Assembly: GCA_016176845.1 (NCBI GenBank) | Contig: JACOWJ010000025.1 | Coordinates: forward strand, 5,364-69,363 | From: Nitrospinota bacterium | GTDB lineage: Bacteria > 2-12-FULL-45-22 > JACOWJ01 | Direction of reading: 5' to 3' | Length of the DNA stretch: 64,000 bases | Shown: piece by piece, positions 18,987 to 27,808 of the stretch | How the letters are laid out: every line of letters starts with the position of its first letter | How positions within the stretch are numbered: position 1 is the first letter of the stretch | Translations under genes and position numbers: made by a program | Notes under the pieces: generated by a model | What the model was told of the DNA's origin: nothing | Seen by the model: only the letters and a program-made list of their open reading frames with translations | Databases searched by the model: none

Positions 18987-21900
18987 GTGAATCACGAGAA
19001 TCCTCTCCCGGAGGGAGCTTCCCAGAAAACGGGGTTAAAAAAAAGGCGGGTCTCCTGGGTCGGGGGGGGGATTATTCTTCTTTTCGCCTTGAGCGCTCTG
19101 GGGGTCGGGTATTGGTTCTGGATCTCCGGCCACCAGACCATCGCTTCCTCTCAGTTAGGAAGGGCACTGGGGACCCAATCCAAGGTAGGAGAGATTACGT
19201 TTGGCCTGAAAGAGGGGCATCTTGCGCTTACCTTAACCGATGTCTCTCTCTACGCCCCTGGCAGCCAGGAGAAGGCCATTGTGGTTCCTCAAGCAAGCCT
19301 GGAGCTGGAACCTTTGAAGCTGACCGGGGGACAACTTCACTTGAAACGGGCCATCTTTCAACGGCCGATCATCCGCCTGTTCAGGGATCGGAGCGGAGAG
19401 GTTCGGCTATTGGGCTCTCCCTTGTCGGAATTCCTCCGGAAGGCAGGAAAGGGTTGGAAAATTGGCCCCTTCTCCTTGGAAACCATTCAGGAGCTGGAGA
19501 TCAAGGAGGGAAGAATTGAACTGGTGGATCACTTCGCGTCCCGTCATCCGCCCTACCCCATCTCCGCTGCGGTAGATCTGACCGCTGTGGGGCTTTCTCC
19601 CGTCAATCCCTGGTCATTTCAAGGGAAAGGACGCCTGCTGAAGAATGGCCTGGATGAGCCTTTGCCCACCTTTCGGGTAGTTGGCCGCCTCGGGTTGACC
19701 TCTGCGGACGGCCACCCATCCGGCCTCTCTCCTGCCCAGATCGAGCTGACCCTGAAGGACTTCAGGCCAGAGTTGGTGAGGGATCTATTCCCCTCGGGTC
19801 CGTCATGGCCTCAGGTGAGGGGCCTGATGGACCTAACGGTTCGCTATGTGGGCAAATCGATCCAGGAATTTCAGTCCTCCGGAAGGGTGGATCTCAGCTC
19901 CCTCGTCCTCGATGATTCGCGGATCTTTCGAGAGCCCTTCCACCTCTCCCATCTCTTTCTCTCCTATGAGGGCCAACGTCACGGAGATCGCCTCAGCGTA
20001 AAGGGAGCCTTGGAGGGTAAGGGGCTCGCCCCGGAAGGGTTCCCCTTGAATCTGCAAGGGGGATTCACGCTGAGGGGTCTCTCCCTGAAACAGCGTTCGC
20101 TGGAAGTGGAGCTCTCTTCTTCCCCTTTCTCTCTGGAGGAAAGCAAGCGGTACCTGCCCTGGAAAGTCATGTCTCCGGGGTTGGCCGGTTTCCTGGGAGC
20201 CGAGCTCTCGAAGGGTCGCATTGTTTCCCTGGAGGTAAAAGGCTCTGGGAGGCCCGAGGACTTGTCCCACGTGGAGCGGGCCATCAATGCCGGCCTGCTC
20301 TCAGCCCAATTGACCTTCGAGGACCTGACCTACCGTTTTAGCCCCCACTTTCCCCCTGCCCAGGATCTGAGGGGCTCGGTTCTCCTCGAGAAAGGAAGGT
20401 TTTCCTTTAGCGATCTTCAGGGGACTAGCCGGAGCTCCCGGCTGATGGAGGGAAAGGGCACGCTGGCTCTTTCTGCCCATCACTCCCCGCTGGATCTCGA
20501 CCTTAAGGTCCGGCTCAACCTGGGAGAGTACCTCTCCGACATTAATTTCAATTCCCTTCCCCCCCGATTCCATTCCCTCAAACAGTTGAAAGGGCTGAAG
20601 GGTAAGGGGGAGCTCGACCTCCTTCTAGGCGGCATCATCGAGGGGGATTATCCGGAAAGCTTCCAGGGCAAGATGTCCCTGTCGGAGGGAGAGTTTCCCC
20701 AGGATCGGCTTCCTCTGCCGCTGTCACAGCTCCATGGCCCTGTCTCCTTCGATACTCAGGTCATCCAAACCCCGGCTCTCCAGGGGATGGTCGGCTCCTC
20801 CCCCTTTTCCCTTCGGGCCACGGTTGCCGACTATCAGCAGCCGCTGCCCAAGATCGACCTGGTCCTGAAGGCCTCCCTGGCGGCCCGAGATTTAAAGGGC
20901 TTGCTCCCCGCCGGCCTTTTGGTAGGTCTGGCCTCCGCCAAACCGCTCGATCTGCGACTTTCCCTCCAGGGAACCTCTGAGGAGCTGAAGGTCCGCCAGG
21001 AGTTGAACCTCAGTCCTGCCTCCTATTCGGCTTTTGGAGGAGAAAAGCCGCCCACGCTTTCCAACCGGCTTTTCCTGGAAGGCCTGTGGAAACGGGGAGA
21101 GGAGGAGCAGAGGTTGGACATCCAGACGCTCGTCTTCTCCCTACCCTCCTCTCAGGTCCGAGGAGAGGGGCGTATCCGGCTTCAGCCCCACCCCTACCTG
21201 CAGCTCTCCTTGCAGGTTCCGCGATTTGGCCTGCCCGAGCTGGCGCAGTTTGCCTGGGGGAAAGAGGGCTGGAGCGGAGATGCCCATCTGAGCGGCGCCT
21301 TTCGGTTGGATGGACCTTGGGAGGAGCCGGGAAAGATTCAAATCTCCGGTCAGCTGGAGTTACGGGGTAAAGAGCTGAACATTCCCCAGCTGGCCGCGCC
21401 CTTAGAGCAATTGAAGGCCTCTCTCAGCTCCAATGGAGAGAGGGTTTCGCTTCGCTCCGGCCAGTTGCAGTTAAGCGGTTCCCCTTTTAACATCACGGGG
21501 GAATTCCTGCGCTCTCCCCAACCCGAAGTCCGTTTTCAACTTGTCGGGACGGAGCTGAACCTGGACCAGCTGCTGCGCAAAGCCCCCCCCCAGGAAGAAG
21601 CCTTGAAGGGATTGGAGGGGTTGAGCAGGGCTCGTCCTGAGGACCCCCCAGAACCCGGAGTAGATCTGATCGGCTTCCTCTCTCGCCAATTGAAAGAAAA
21701 TCCGATCTTTCATGCCCGATGGGAAGGGAAGATTGATCTGGGCACTTTGACCTTCCGCAGCTTTCCCCTCCAAGGCGTCCGCATCGCTGGCTCTGCGGGC
21801 AGCCAGCAGTTGGAGCTCAGCGATTTGGCTTTCAGGCTGGATCAGGGCCGGGTCCAACTGAAGACCCTTTTCCGCTCCCCCTATGAAGGCCGCCCTATGC

Positions 21901-22607
21901 TGAAGTTCGCCATCCAGGCGGTTGACCTGGATACCCAGGCCGCCTTGAGGCGGCTCGGGCTGCAAGAGAATCTCCTTTCGAGCTCCTTTTACCTGGAAGG
22001 AACCCTGACCGGTATGGGGGAAACGGAGGACCAGATCCTCAATTCTTTGGAAGGGAAGGCCTCCCTGGAGCTTAAGAAGGGTCGAATTCACAGGTTTTCC
22101 TGGCTCTCTCGGATCTTCTCTCTCATGAACTTATATCAGCTGGTCCAGGCACGTCTGCCGGACCTGACGAGTGAGGGAATGCCTTTCGATTGGATTCGGG
22201 GCGATTTCACGGTCAAAAAGGGGGTCGCCCATACGGAGAACTTCCTGCTCCAGAGTACGGCCATGAGCATGTCGGCAGTCGGAGATCTCTTCCTCCGCAA
22301 GGGCACCTTAAAGATGATCGTGGGGGTCCAACCCTTTCAAACCCTGGAGAAAGTCGTGGGTTTGGTGCCCTTTGTGGGCTACATCCTCATAGGGAAAGAC
22401 AAAAAGCTGGTGGTAGCCTACTTCCAGGTTAAAGGGAAGATCGGGGACCCCGCTGTGGCCCCTCGTCCCATCCATACCCTGAGCAAAGGCATTTTGGGGA
22501 TCGTCGAGAGAACGATAAGGCTTCCTATGGAGCTCCCTCATCAGATCCCCATCATTGGCAAGGAGTCTTTCTGGAAAAGGATCTATCGGTGGATCAAGGT
22601 CTGGTAA
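18987..22607 (+). CDS. AsmA/YhdP-like large envelope protein
   Basis: N-terminal TM anchor, long beta-rich body, AsmA-like C-terminal GMPFDWIRGDFTVKKG. Confidence 0.8.
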   Translation: MNHENPLPEGASQKTGLKKRRVSWVGGGIILLFALSALGVGYWFWISGHQTIASSQLGRALGTQSKVGEITFGLKEGHLALTLTDVSLYAPGSQEKAIVVPQASLELEPLKLTGGQLHLKRAIFQRPIIRLFRDRSGEVRLLGSPLSEFLRKAGKGWKIGPFSLETIQELEIKEGRIELVDHFASRHPPYPISAAVDLTAVGLSPVNPWSFQGKGRLLKNGLDEPLPTFRVVGRLGLTSADGHPSGLSPAQIELTLKDFRPELVRDLFPSGPSWPQVRGLMDLTVRYVGKSIQEFQSSGRVDLSSLVLDDSRIFREPFHLSHLFLSYEGQRHGDRLSVKGALEGKGLAPEGFPLNLQGGFTLRGLSLKQRSLEVELSSSPFSLEESKRYLPWKVMSPGLAGFLGAELSKGRIVSLEVKGSGRPEDLSHVERAINAGLLSAQLTFEDLTYRFSPHFPPAQDLRGSVLLEKGRFSFSDLQGTSRSSRLMEGKGTLALSAHHSPLDLDLKVRLNLGEYLSDINFNSLPPRFHSLKQLKGLKGKGELDLLLGGIIEGDYPESFQGKMSLSEGEFPQDRLPLPLSQLHGPVSFDTQVIQTPALQGMVGSSPFSLRATVADYQQPLPKIDLVLKASLAARDLKGLLPAGLLVGLASAKPLDLRLSLQGTSEELKVRQELNLSPASYSAFGGEKPPTLSNRLFLEGLWKRGEEEQRLDIQTLVFSLPSSQVRGEGRIRLQPHPYLQLSLQVPRFGLPELAQFAWGKEGWSGDAHLSGAFRLDGPWEEPGKIQISGQLELRGKELNIPQLAAPLEQLKASLSSNGERVSLRSGQLQLSGSPFNITGEFLRSPQPEVRFQLVGTELNLDQLLRKAPPQEEALKGLEGLSRARPEDPPEPGVDLIGFLSRQLKENPIFHARWEGKIDLGTLTFRSFPLQGVRIAGSAGSQQLELSDLAFRLDQGRVQLKTLFRSPYEGRPMLKFAIQAVDLDTQAALRRLGLQENLLSSSFYLEGTLTGMGETEDQILNSLEGKASLELKKGRIHRFSWLSRIFSLMNLYQLVQARLPDLTSEGMPFDWIRGDFTVKKGVAHTENFLLQSTAMSMSAVGDLFLRKGTLKMIVGVQPFQTLEKVVGLVPFVGYILIGKDKKLVVAYFQVKGKIGDPAVAPRPIHTLSKGILGIVERTIRLPMELPHQIPIIGKESFWKRIYRWIKVW

Positions 22608-22664
22608 TCGGTTTTAGGTTTCAGGTTTTAAGTTTTAGGCGCTAACCCCTAGAAGGAGGAAGAG

Positions 22665-23306
22665 ATGCCGGAGCCCAGATGTGCGTCCTGTAAGGTTTTG
22701 AACTGCTTTGGAGGGAAGGCCGAAGGCAACCCCACCGCCTGCCCCACGGACAACTTCCAACCTTTGATCTCTGAGGCCCTGGGGCGTTATCAGGAGGAAG
22801 GCGAGTCCCGAAATATTGCCCTGGCTGCGGCTAAGACGGAGTCGGAGGGATACGGGAAGTGGACCCGCGTCCAGGAGACCGTGGTCTTTGCCAAAAAGCT
22901 GGGAGCCAGGAAGATTGGCCTGGCCACCTGCGTAGGGCTCATCGACGAGGCCCGAACGGCCGCAGAGGTCTTCGAGCGGAACGGGCTCGAGGTGGTCAGC
23001 GCTTGCTGTAAAGCCGGTTCCATCGACAAAACCGTTATCGGTCTGGCCGAAGAGGAGAAGGTCCGCCCCGGGCAGTTCGAACCGATCTGCAACCCCATCT
23101 CCCAGGCTCGAATCTTCAATGAGCTCGGGACAGAGCTGAACGTGGTGATCGGGCTGTGCGTGGGGCACGATATCCTGTTTTTGAAAGAGGCCGTGGCCCC
23201 TTCCACCGTCCTGGTGGTCAAGGATCGGATCCTGGGACACAATCCCTGCGCTGCCCTTTACACGAGCCGCTTCTACTATCGGAAGATCTTCTCCGAGCCA
23301 AGTTAG
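22665..23306 (+). CDS. DUF1847-like metal-binding protein
   Basis: N-terminal Cys cluster, KIGLATCVGL, CCKAG, CNPISQA, GLCVGHD. Confidence 0.8.
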   Translation: MPEPRCASCKVLNCFGGKAEGNPTACPTDNFQPLISEALGRYQEEGESRNIALAAAKTESEGYGKWTRVQETVVFAKKLGARKIGLATCVGLIDEARTAAEVFERNGLEVVSACCKAGSIDKTVIGLAEEEKVRPGQFEPICNPISQARIFNELGTELNVVIGLCVGHDILFLKEAVAPSTVLVVKDRILGHNPCAALYTSRFYYRKIFSEPS

Positions 23307-23410
23307 GGATTAGGGATTAGGGGCTAGGGATTAGGGGCTAGTAAAAAGAGCTTTCGCTAATCCCTAGTTCCTAGCCCCTCAAAAATGGAAATTCCTACGC
23401 AATCGAGTTA
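23301..23410 (+). repeat. Heptamer-hairpin cassette, GGGCTAG type, with tail
   Basis: Starts AGTTAG (overlaps the TAG stop) and ends AAAAATGGAAATTCCTACGCAATCGAGTTA. Confidence 0.85.
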
Positions 23411-23479
23411 ATTTTGATTTAGGAATTTCATCCACCACATTTTAGATCCGAGCAGCCAGATGACAGGAGGAAATCGGAG

Positions 23480-24597
23480 ATGAGCAACACCAAGCTTACC
23501 AAGATCAGGGAGCTCATAGGGGTTTACCAGGAAGGGCTCAAACAGGCGGTCCAGAGCCCGCACGCAGCGGACCAGGCGATGGCCATTAGCCCGATGGCCT
23601 CAAGGAGTTCATCAACGCGGCCGAGCAGGCGGGCCTCCCCTCAGAGATGTGCACGGTGGACAAAGGCACCATCGGCCTGCTCCTCTCGGGACAGCTCCCC
23701 GACCCAGATTTCATCGTGGGGACCAACCTTCCCTGCGACAACATCGTCATCGGCTACCAGATGTATGCCAACCTCCTGAGGGTCCCCACGTATTACTCCG
23801 ATGCCCCCTACGGGGCCGGGGTGGATGACATCGATTACTTCACCGGAGAGATGAAGCGGATCATCGCCTTTTTGGAGGCCCAGACGGGCAAAAAGATGGA
23901 CTACGACCGGCTCAAATTGCTGGTGGAGGAGGCCAATCGGGCAGCCGGCTACCTGATCGAGGCAAACGAACTGCGCAAGAATGTTCCTTGCCCCCAATCG
24001 GGCGGCCTGCTTCCTCTGATCCCTTTCATCAACTCCTTCGCCAGTGGCAATCCCAAACAGACCGAGTTCTACCGGCTGATCCGGGATGATGCCCTCAGCC
24101 GCGTGGAAAAAGGCCAGGGTGTGGTCCCGGAGGAGAGACAGCGGGTCATCTGGTTCATGGTGCCCACCTACTTCGACCTCGGGATACTGGGCTGGATGGA
24201 GCAAGAGTTCGGGGCCGTGATCGTGATGGATATGTTCAGTTACGGCTCCATCACTCCGGTCGATACCTCGAGCATGGATCGGATGATCCGGGGGTTAGCG
24301 ATCAAAACACTGAATTTCCCCATGATCCGGCAGCTCCGGGGACCGGTGGAGTTTTACACGGATGACCTGGTGCGGGTCTGCGAGGAATATAAGGGGGACT
24401 GCATCATCTATGCGGGCCACGAGGGCTGCAAGCATGGCTGGGGGATCGTGGGCCTGATCCGAGACGTCTGCAAGGAAATCGGCAAGCCCCTGCTCGTCTT
24501 CGATATGGATGCCTTCGATGGAAGCTCCCATGCGGCCGCAGAGGTCCGCCGGAAGATCGAGGAGTTTTTCCGTACCATGGCTATGGCTCCCGTTTAA
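23480..24597 (+). pseudogene. 2-hydroxyacyl-CoA dehydratase family subunit (HgdA/B, BcrB-like), frameshifted near 23590
   Basis: Frame of 23647-24597 extends back to PDGLKEFINAAEQAG, then hits TAG; N-terminus with RBS is in another frame; NLPCD and GHEGCK motifs. Confidence 0.7.
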
Positions 24598-24656
24598 TCG
24601 TTAATACCGCTCTACAGAAAAAGGTACCCAATTAAACCGCAGGGGGCGCGGAGAGC

Positions 24657-24804
24657 GCAGAATTTCCATTTTTGCTATGAGCTATAAGCTAACTTGAGGG
24701 TATAGGAATCTCCATTTTTAGGGGCTAGGGACTAGGGGCTAGGGGCTAGGGATTAGCAAAAGCTCTTCTTTCTTACTAGCCCCTAGCCCCTAGCCCCTAA
24801 CTTG
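24657..24804 (-). repeat. Two stacked heptamer-hairpin cassettes, reverse orientation
   Basis: TAACTTG at 24690 and 24798 flanks tail + GGGCTAG hairpin; truncated tail + GCTATGA unit to its left. Confidence 0.85.
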
Positions 24805-24806
24805 GG

Positions 24807-26147
24807 TCACATGTCCCCGGAAATGAAGCCGTGATATCGCCCCAGCCAGTAGGCCAGCAGGTAATCTACGCCCGCATATTCTGCCTCTCCCCGCGATCCA
24901 GGATGTCCGTCCAGCCGATAAGGGTTTGCCTTCCATTCGAAGGCATTTGCCGGTCTTTGGTAGACGGGCAAGGGCCTTTTGGCTTGAGGCTTTCCATGGC
25001 GATCGGAAAACCAGGCCTTGCGGATATCCTTTCGCCGGCTGTTTCGCACTTCTACCACTCTCTTCCCTTCCGGGAAGAGCCGTAAGGTCTCTACCGCATC
25101 ACTCCAGGCCTGACCTAAAGGGTTGGCAGTAAGCCCTATATAGACAAAATTAAAAAAAGAGTTGCCTTCATCTAGCACCACCCTCCAACTTCTCTCCAGA
25201 CCCTTGCGGTACTCGTGAAGGAGCTCGGGATCTTTTTCCAACCTCAGCAAGTTATAATAGGCCAGGAAGGCCAGGTGGTTATCGGAGTGATTGACTCCGA
25301 GGAAATACTCCCACCATTTGTCGCGAGCCTTCGCGGCTCGTCGATGGTAACCTTGTCGCTCGATCAGTTCCCGATACTTTTCCTGGAATTTTAGGGAGCC
25401 CGTTATATGGAAGGCGGTCTTCAGGAAGGAGAGGGCCAACAAGGCGTCCAGGTCCTCCCAGGAGCGCGGGCTCATCCCTCCGTGCGTGGTCACTTGTCCG
25501 TCCAGATCCACGATGGCCATGCCATGGTCAACGATATGATCCATGAGGGCCTGGACATCCTGGATGATCTTCCCCCGAACCTCTTTGTCGGCAATCAGGT
25601 CATAACAGATCCCGTAACCGAACATCACCCCGGCATATTGGTCATTACTCACATCCCCCCGCCAACTGTAACCGGAAAAGGGACCCTGGCCGCGATGCCA
25701 TTCGCCGTGGCCACTTCTGAAGGATGAGGGAAGGTCTCCCCGGATGAAAGTTCGAGCCAACAGGCCCCGGACGCCGGTCACCTCCTGGAGCAGATGCAAG
25801 GCCTTTAGGAGGCGGCGGATCTTTTCCAAGGCCGCAGGCCCCCCGGTTACCGCATAGCGAAATGCCTCGGCTGCCAGCGCGCATCCCGTCCAGGCAGCCC
25901 CATCGGGCAGGTCCAGGATCTCGATCTCCTCCACCTTCATCACCGGCAGCCTGGCCTTATAGGCCACGAGCCCATCCGAGGTGAGGTGATTCTCCTCCAC
26001 GTTCCTCTCGTACCACTCGGCCTTCTCCGAGAGGGATAAAGAGGGAGGAGCCTCAGGAGGAGAGAATCGAGGGGTAGGAGATGGAGAAACCGCCCACTGA
26101 CAGCTCATCCCGGCCAGCAAAAGGAGGAGGGGAAGCCTCAGTCGCAT
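24807..26147 (-). CDS. Uncharacterised exported/lipoprotein, probable alpha-helical barrel
   Basis: Signal peptide MRLRLPLLLLLAGMSC; long ORF with normal codon usage. Confidence 0.7.
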   Translation of the reverse strand: MRLRLPLLLLLAGMSCQWAVSPSPTPRFSPPEAPPSLSLSEKAEWYERNVEENHLTSDGLVAYKARLPVMKVEEIEILDLPDGAAWTGCALAAEAFRYAVTGGPAALEKIRRLLKALHLLQEVTGVRGLLARTFIRGDLPSSFRSGHGEWHRGQGPFSGYSWRGDVSNDQYAGVMFGYGICYDLIADKEVRGKIIQDVQALMDHIVDHGMAIVDLDGQVTTHGGMSPRSWEDLDALLALSFLKTAFHITGSLKFQEKYRELIERQGYHRRAAKARDKWWEYFLGVNHSDNHLAFLAYYNLLRLEKDPELLHEYRKGLERSWRVVLDEGNSFFNFVYIGLTANPLGQAWSDAVETLRLFPEGKRVVEVRNSRRKDIRKAWFSDRHGKPQAKRPLPVYQRPANAFEWKANPYRLDGHPGSRGEAEYAGVDYLLAYWLGRYHGFISGDM

Positions 26148-26151
26148 GGCC

Positions 26152-27639
26152 CTATGGCATCCGATGGGGCAGTTCCCCGCGGCGATCAATCGCGCCCCTT
26201 TTCGAAGGCAGGGCGGCTGACCCCGGTTCATTCATCCCCTGGGCCAGTTCCAGCACCTTCCCCTTGACCCAGTTAGCCATTCCAGGTCCATAAAAAGAGA
26301 TTCGGGCCTCGTAGCCCCCCCTCCGGTAATCCTCCTCTTCGATCAGATAGCCGATGTAATTGTTGGCTGGAGCCACGATCCAGGAAGAGGAGAATCCCCG
26401 GGACTGGAGTCTCGCCTGGAGATCCCGCCCGACCTCTACCCCGGGCTCGCAGGGCAAGGCTACCAGCAGGGCCTCGTCCACCAGGAGCATCTGAAAGTAG
26501 GCAGAATCGGGAACAAAAAGGAGATGGGCCAGGCCGTTAAACAGGAAGGAAAAATGGCCCAGGGCGCCCCGGACATCCGTCCCCGGCAGAGGAAAGGTCT
26601 CCCCGATGGTTTTGAGCCGGATCGAGCCCTTGGTGGGCAGGCCATTCGATATCTCCCTGACCCTTTCGGCCAACAGCTCTCCAAACTTCTCCACCCGATC
26701 GAACCCTTCATATCCTGGGATACGATAAGGGGCCTGGTCTCCCAGCGACCCGTTGAAGAAAAGGACCAGAGGACCCCCAAAGGTCATCGTTTCCTGTAAG
26801 GGGCCCCGCCCCGGAAGAGGTCCATCCCCCTCCCCCAGGGCGCGGGCCAGCTGCCCTGGGTAATCCGCTGAGAATTGCATGTTTCGGGGGCCTAAAAGAG
26901 TAGGATGGGCGGAGAAGTTCAACACGTAGGCCAGGGTCTTCCCCTCCTCATCATCCACGCGGATCATTCTCAGATCGGGGTCAGTAAAGTCGCCTTTCCT
27001 CCGACGATTCACATTGAGCCCCCGGGCCCGACCTCGCCCTACCCCGAGTCGGGCAGGGACCCATTGGCGTCCAGCCTGCAAAACGGCCGTGGCGATCTGC
27101 CGGACCAGGTGATCGAAGACCTCGGGATCATACGGGCCCAAGGCCGCCTTTTCGAAGACCCAATTGTCCATGTACCCCCCCACCCCCGAATGGTTGTGCG
27201 TCGCCGCCAACAGGAGGCGGTCCATGACATGGATCCCCAGCCGGTTCTCCCCCCGCTTGATCTTACGGATCACGGCCTTTCGGAGCTCCTGGGTAATGAA
27301 CAGCAGGTCTGTGGCCACCAGCGCCACCTTCTGGTGGCCATTGTCCAGCAGGAGGGCCCGAACGTAGAGGTCATCATGAACTCCCTGGCTGGGCTTCCCC
27401 CTGCGGGCTGCATATCCTGCCAGGGGGGCCTCCTTCGGAGGGGTAAGCCTTACCCTGGCCAGTCCACATCGCAGCCGACCTTCAGGGATGGAAACGGGGA
27501 TAAAAGCGGAAAGGGAAGATTCCCCTCTCGGCCTTGAAGGCCGCTCCTGCCAGGAGAGACAGCCACCCGCTAACCCGGGCAGGAGAGCCCATGCGAGGCC
27601 CAGGATCAGATATCCGAGGAGATTTACCGTCTTACTAAC
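26152..27639 (-). CDS. Neutral/alkaline ceramidase-like lipoprotein (start codon unresolved)
   Basis: PLAGY, LYVRALLL, ATHNHSG, NFSAHPT, FSADYPG; open frame to 27639 includes a LAGGC lipobox but has no ATG/GTG/TTG upstream of 27327. Confidence 0.75.
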   Translation of the reverse strand, partial: VSKTVNLLGYLILGLAWALLPGLAGGCLSWQERPSRPRGESSLSAFIPVSIPEGRLRCGLARVRLTPPKEAPLAGYAARRGKPSQGVHDDLYVRALLLDNGHQKVALVATDLLFITQELRKAVIRKIKRGENRLGIHVMDRLLLAATHNHSGVGGYMDNWVFEKAALGPYDPEVFDHLVRQIATAVLQAGRQWVPARLGVGRGRARGLNVNRRRKGDFTDPDLRMIRVDDEEGKTLAYVLNFSAHPTLLGPRNMQFSADYPGQLARALGEGDGPLPGRGPLQETMTFGGPLVLFFNGSLGDQAPYRIPGYEGFDRVEKFGELLAERVREISNGLPTKGSIRLKTIGETFPLPGTDVRGALGHFSFLFNGLAHLLFVPDSAYFQMLLVDEALLVALPCEPGVEVGRDLQARLQSRGFSSSWIVAPANNYIGYLIEEEDYRRGGYEARISFYGPGMANWVKGKVLELAQGMNEPGSAALPSKRGAIDRRGELPHRMP

Positions 27640-27663
27640 CCCTAACTCCTAATCCCTAACTAT

Positions 27664-27804
27664 TGTCTGAACGAAAACCCATCTGGAGATTTGTTGGTTG
27701 GTCCTTTGACCCTTCGACAAGCTCAGGGTGACCGGTCATGGTGAGCCTGTCGAACCATGACCGATTTTTGTGGCTACCTAAAAATCGGGGGTTTCGTTCA
27801 GACA
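27664..27804. mobile_element. MITE-like element with TGTCTGAACGAAA TIRs carrying a REP pair
   Basis: 13-bp perfect TIR; internal CCCTTCGACAAGCTCAGGG and GTGAGCCTGTCGAACC. Confidence 0.65.
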
Positions 27805-27808
27805 CGAA

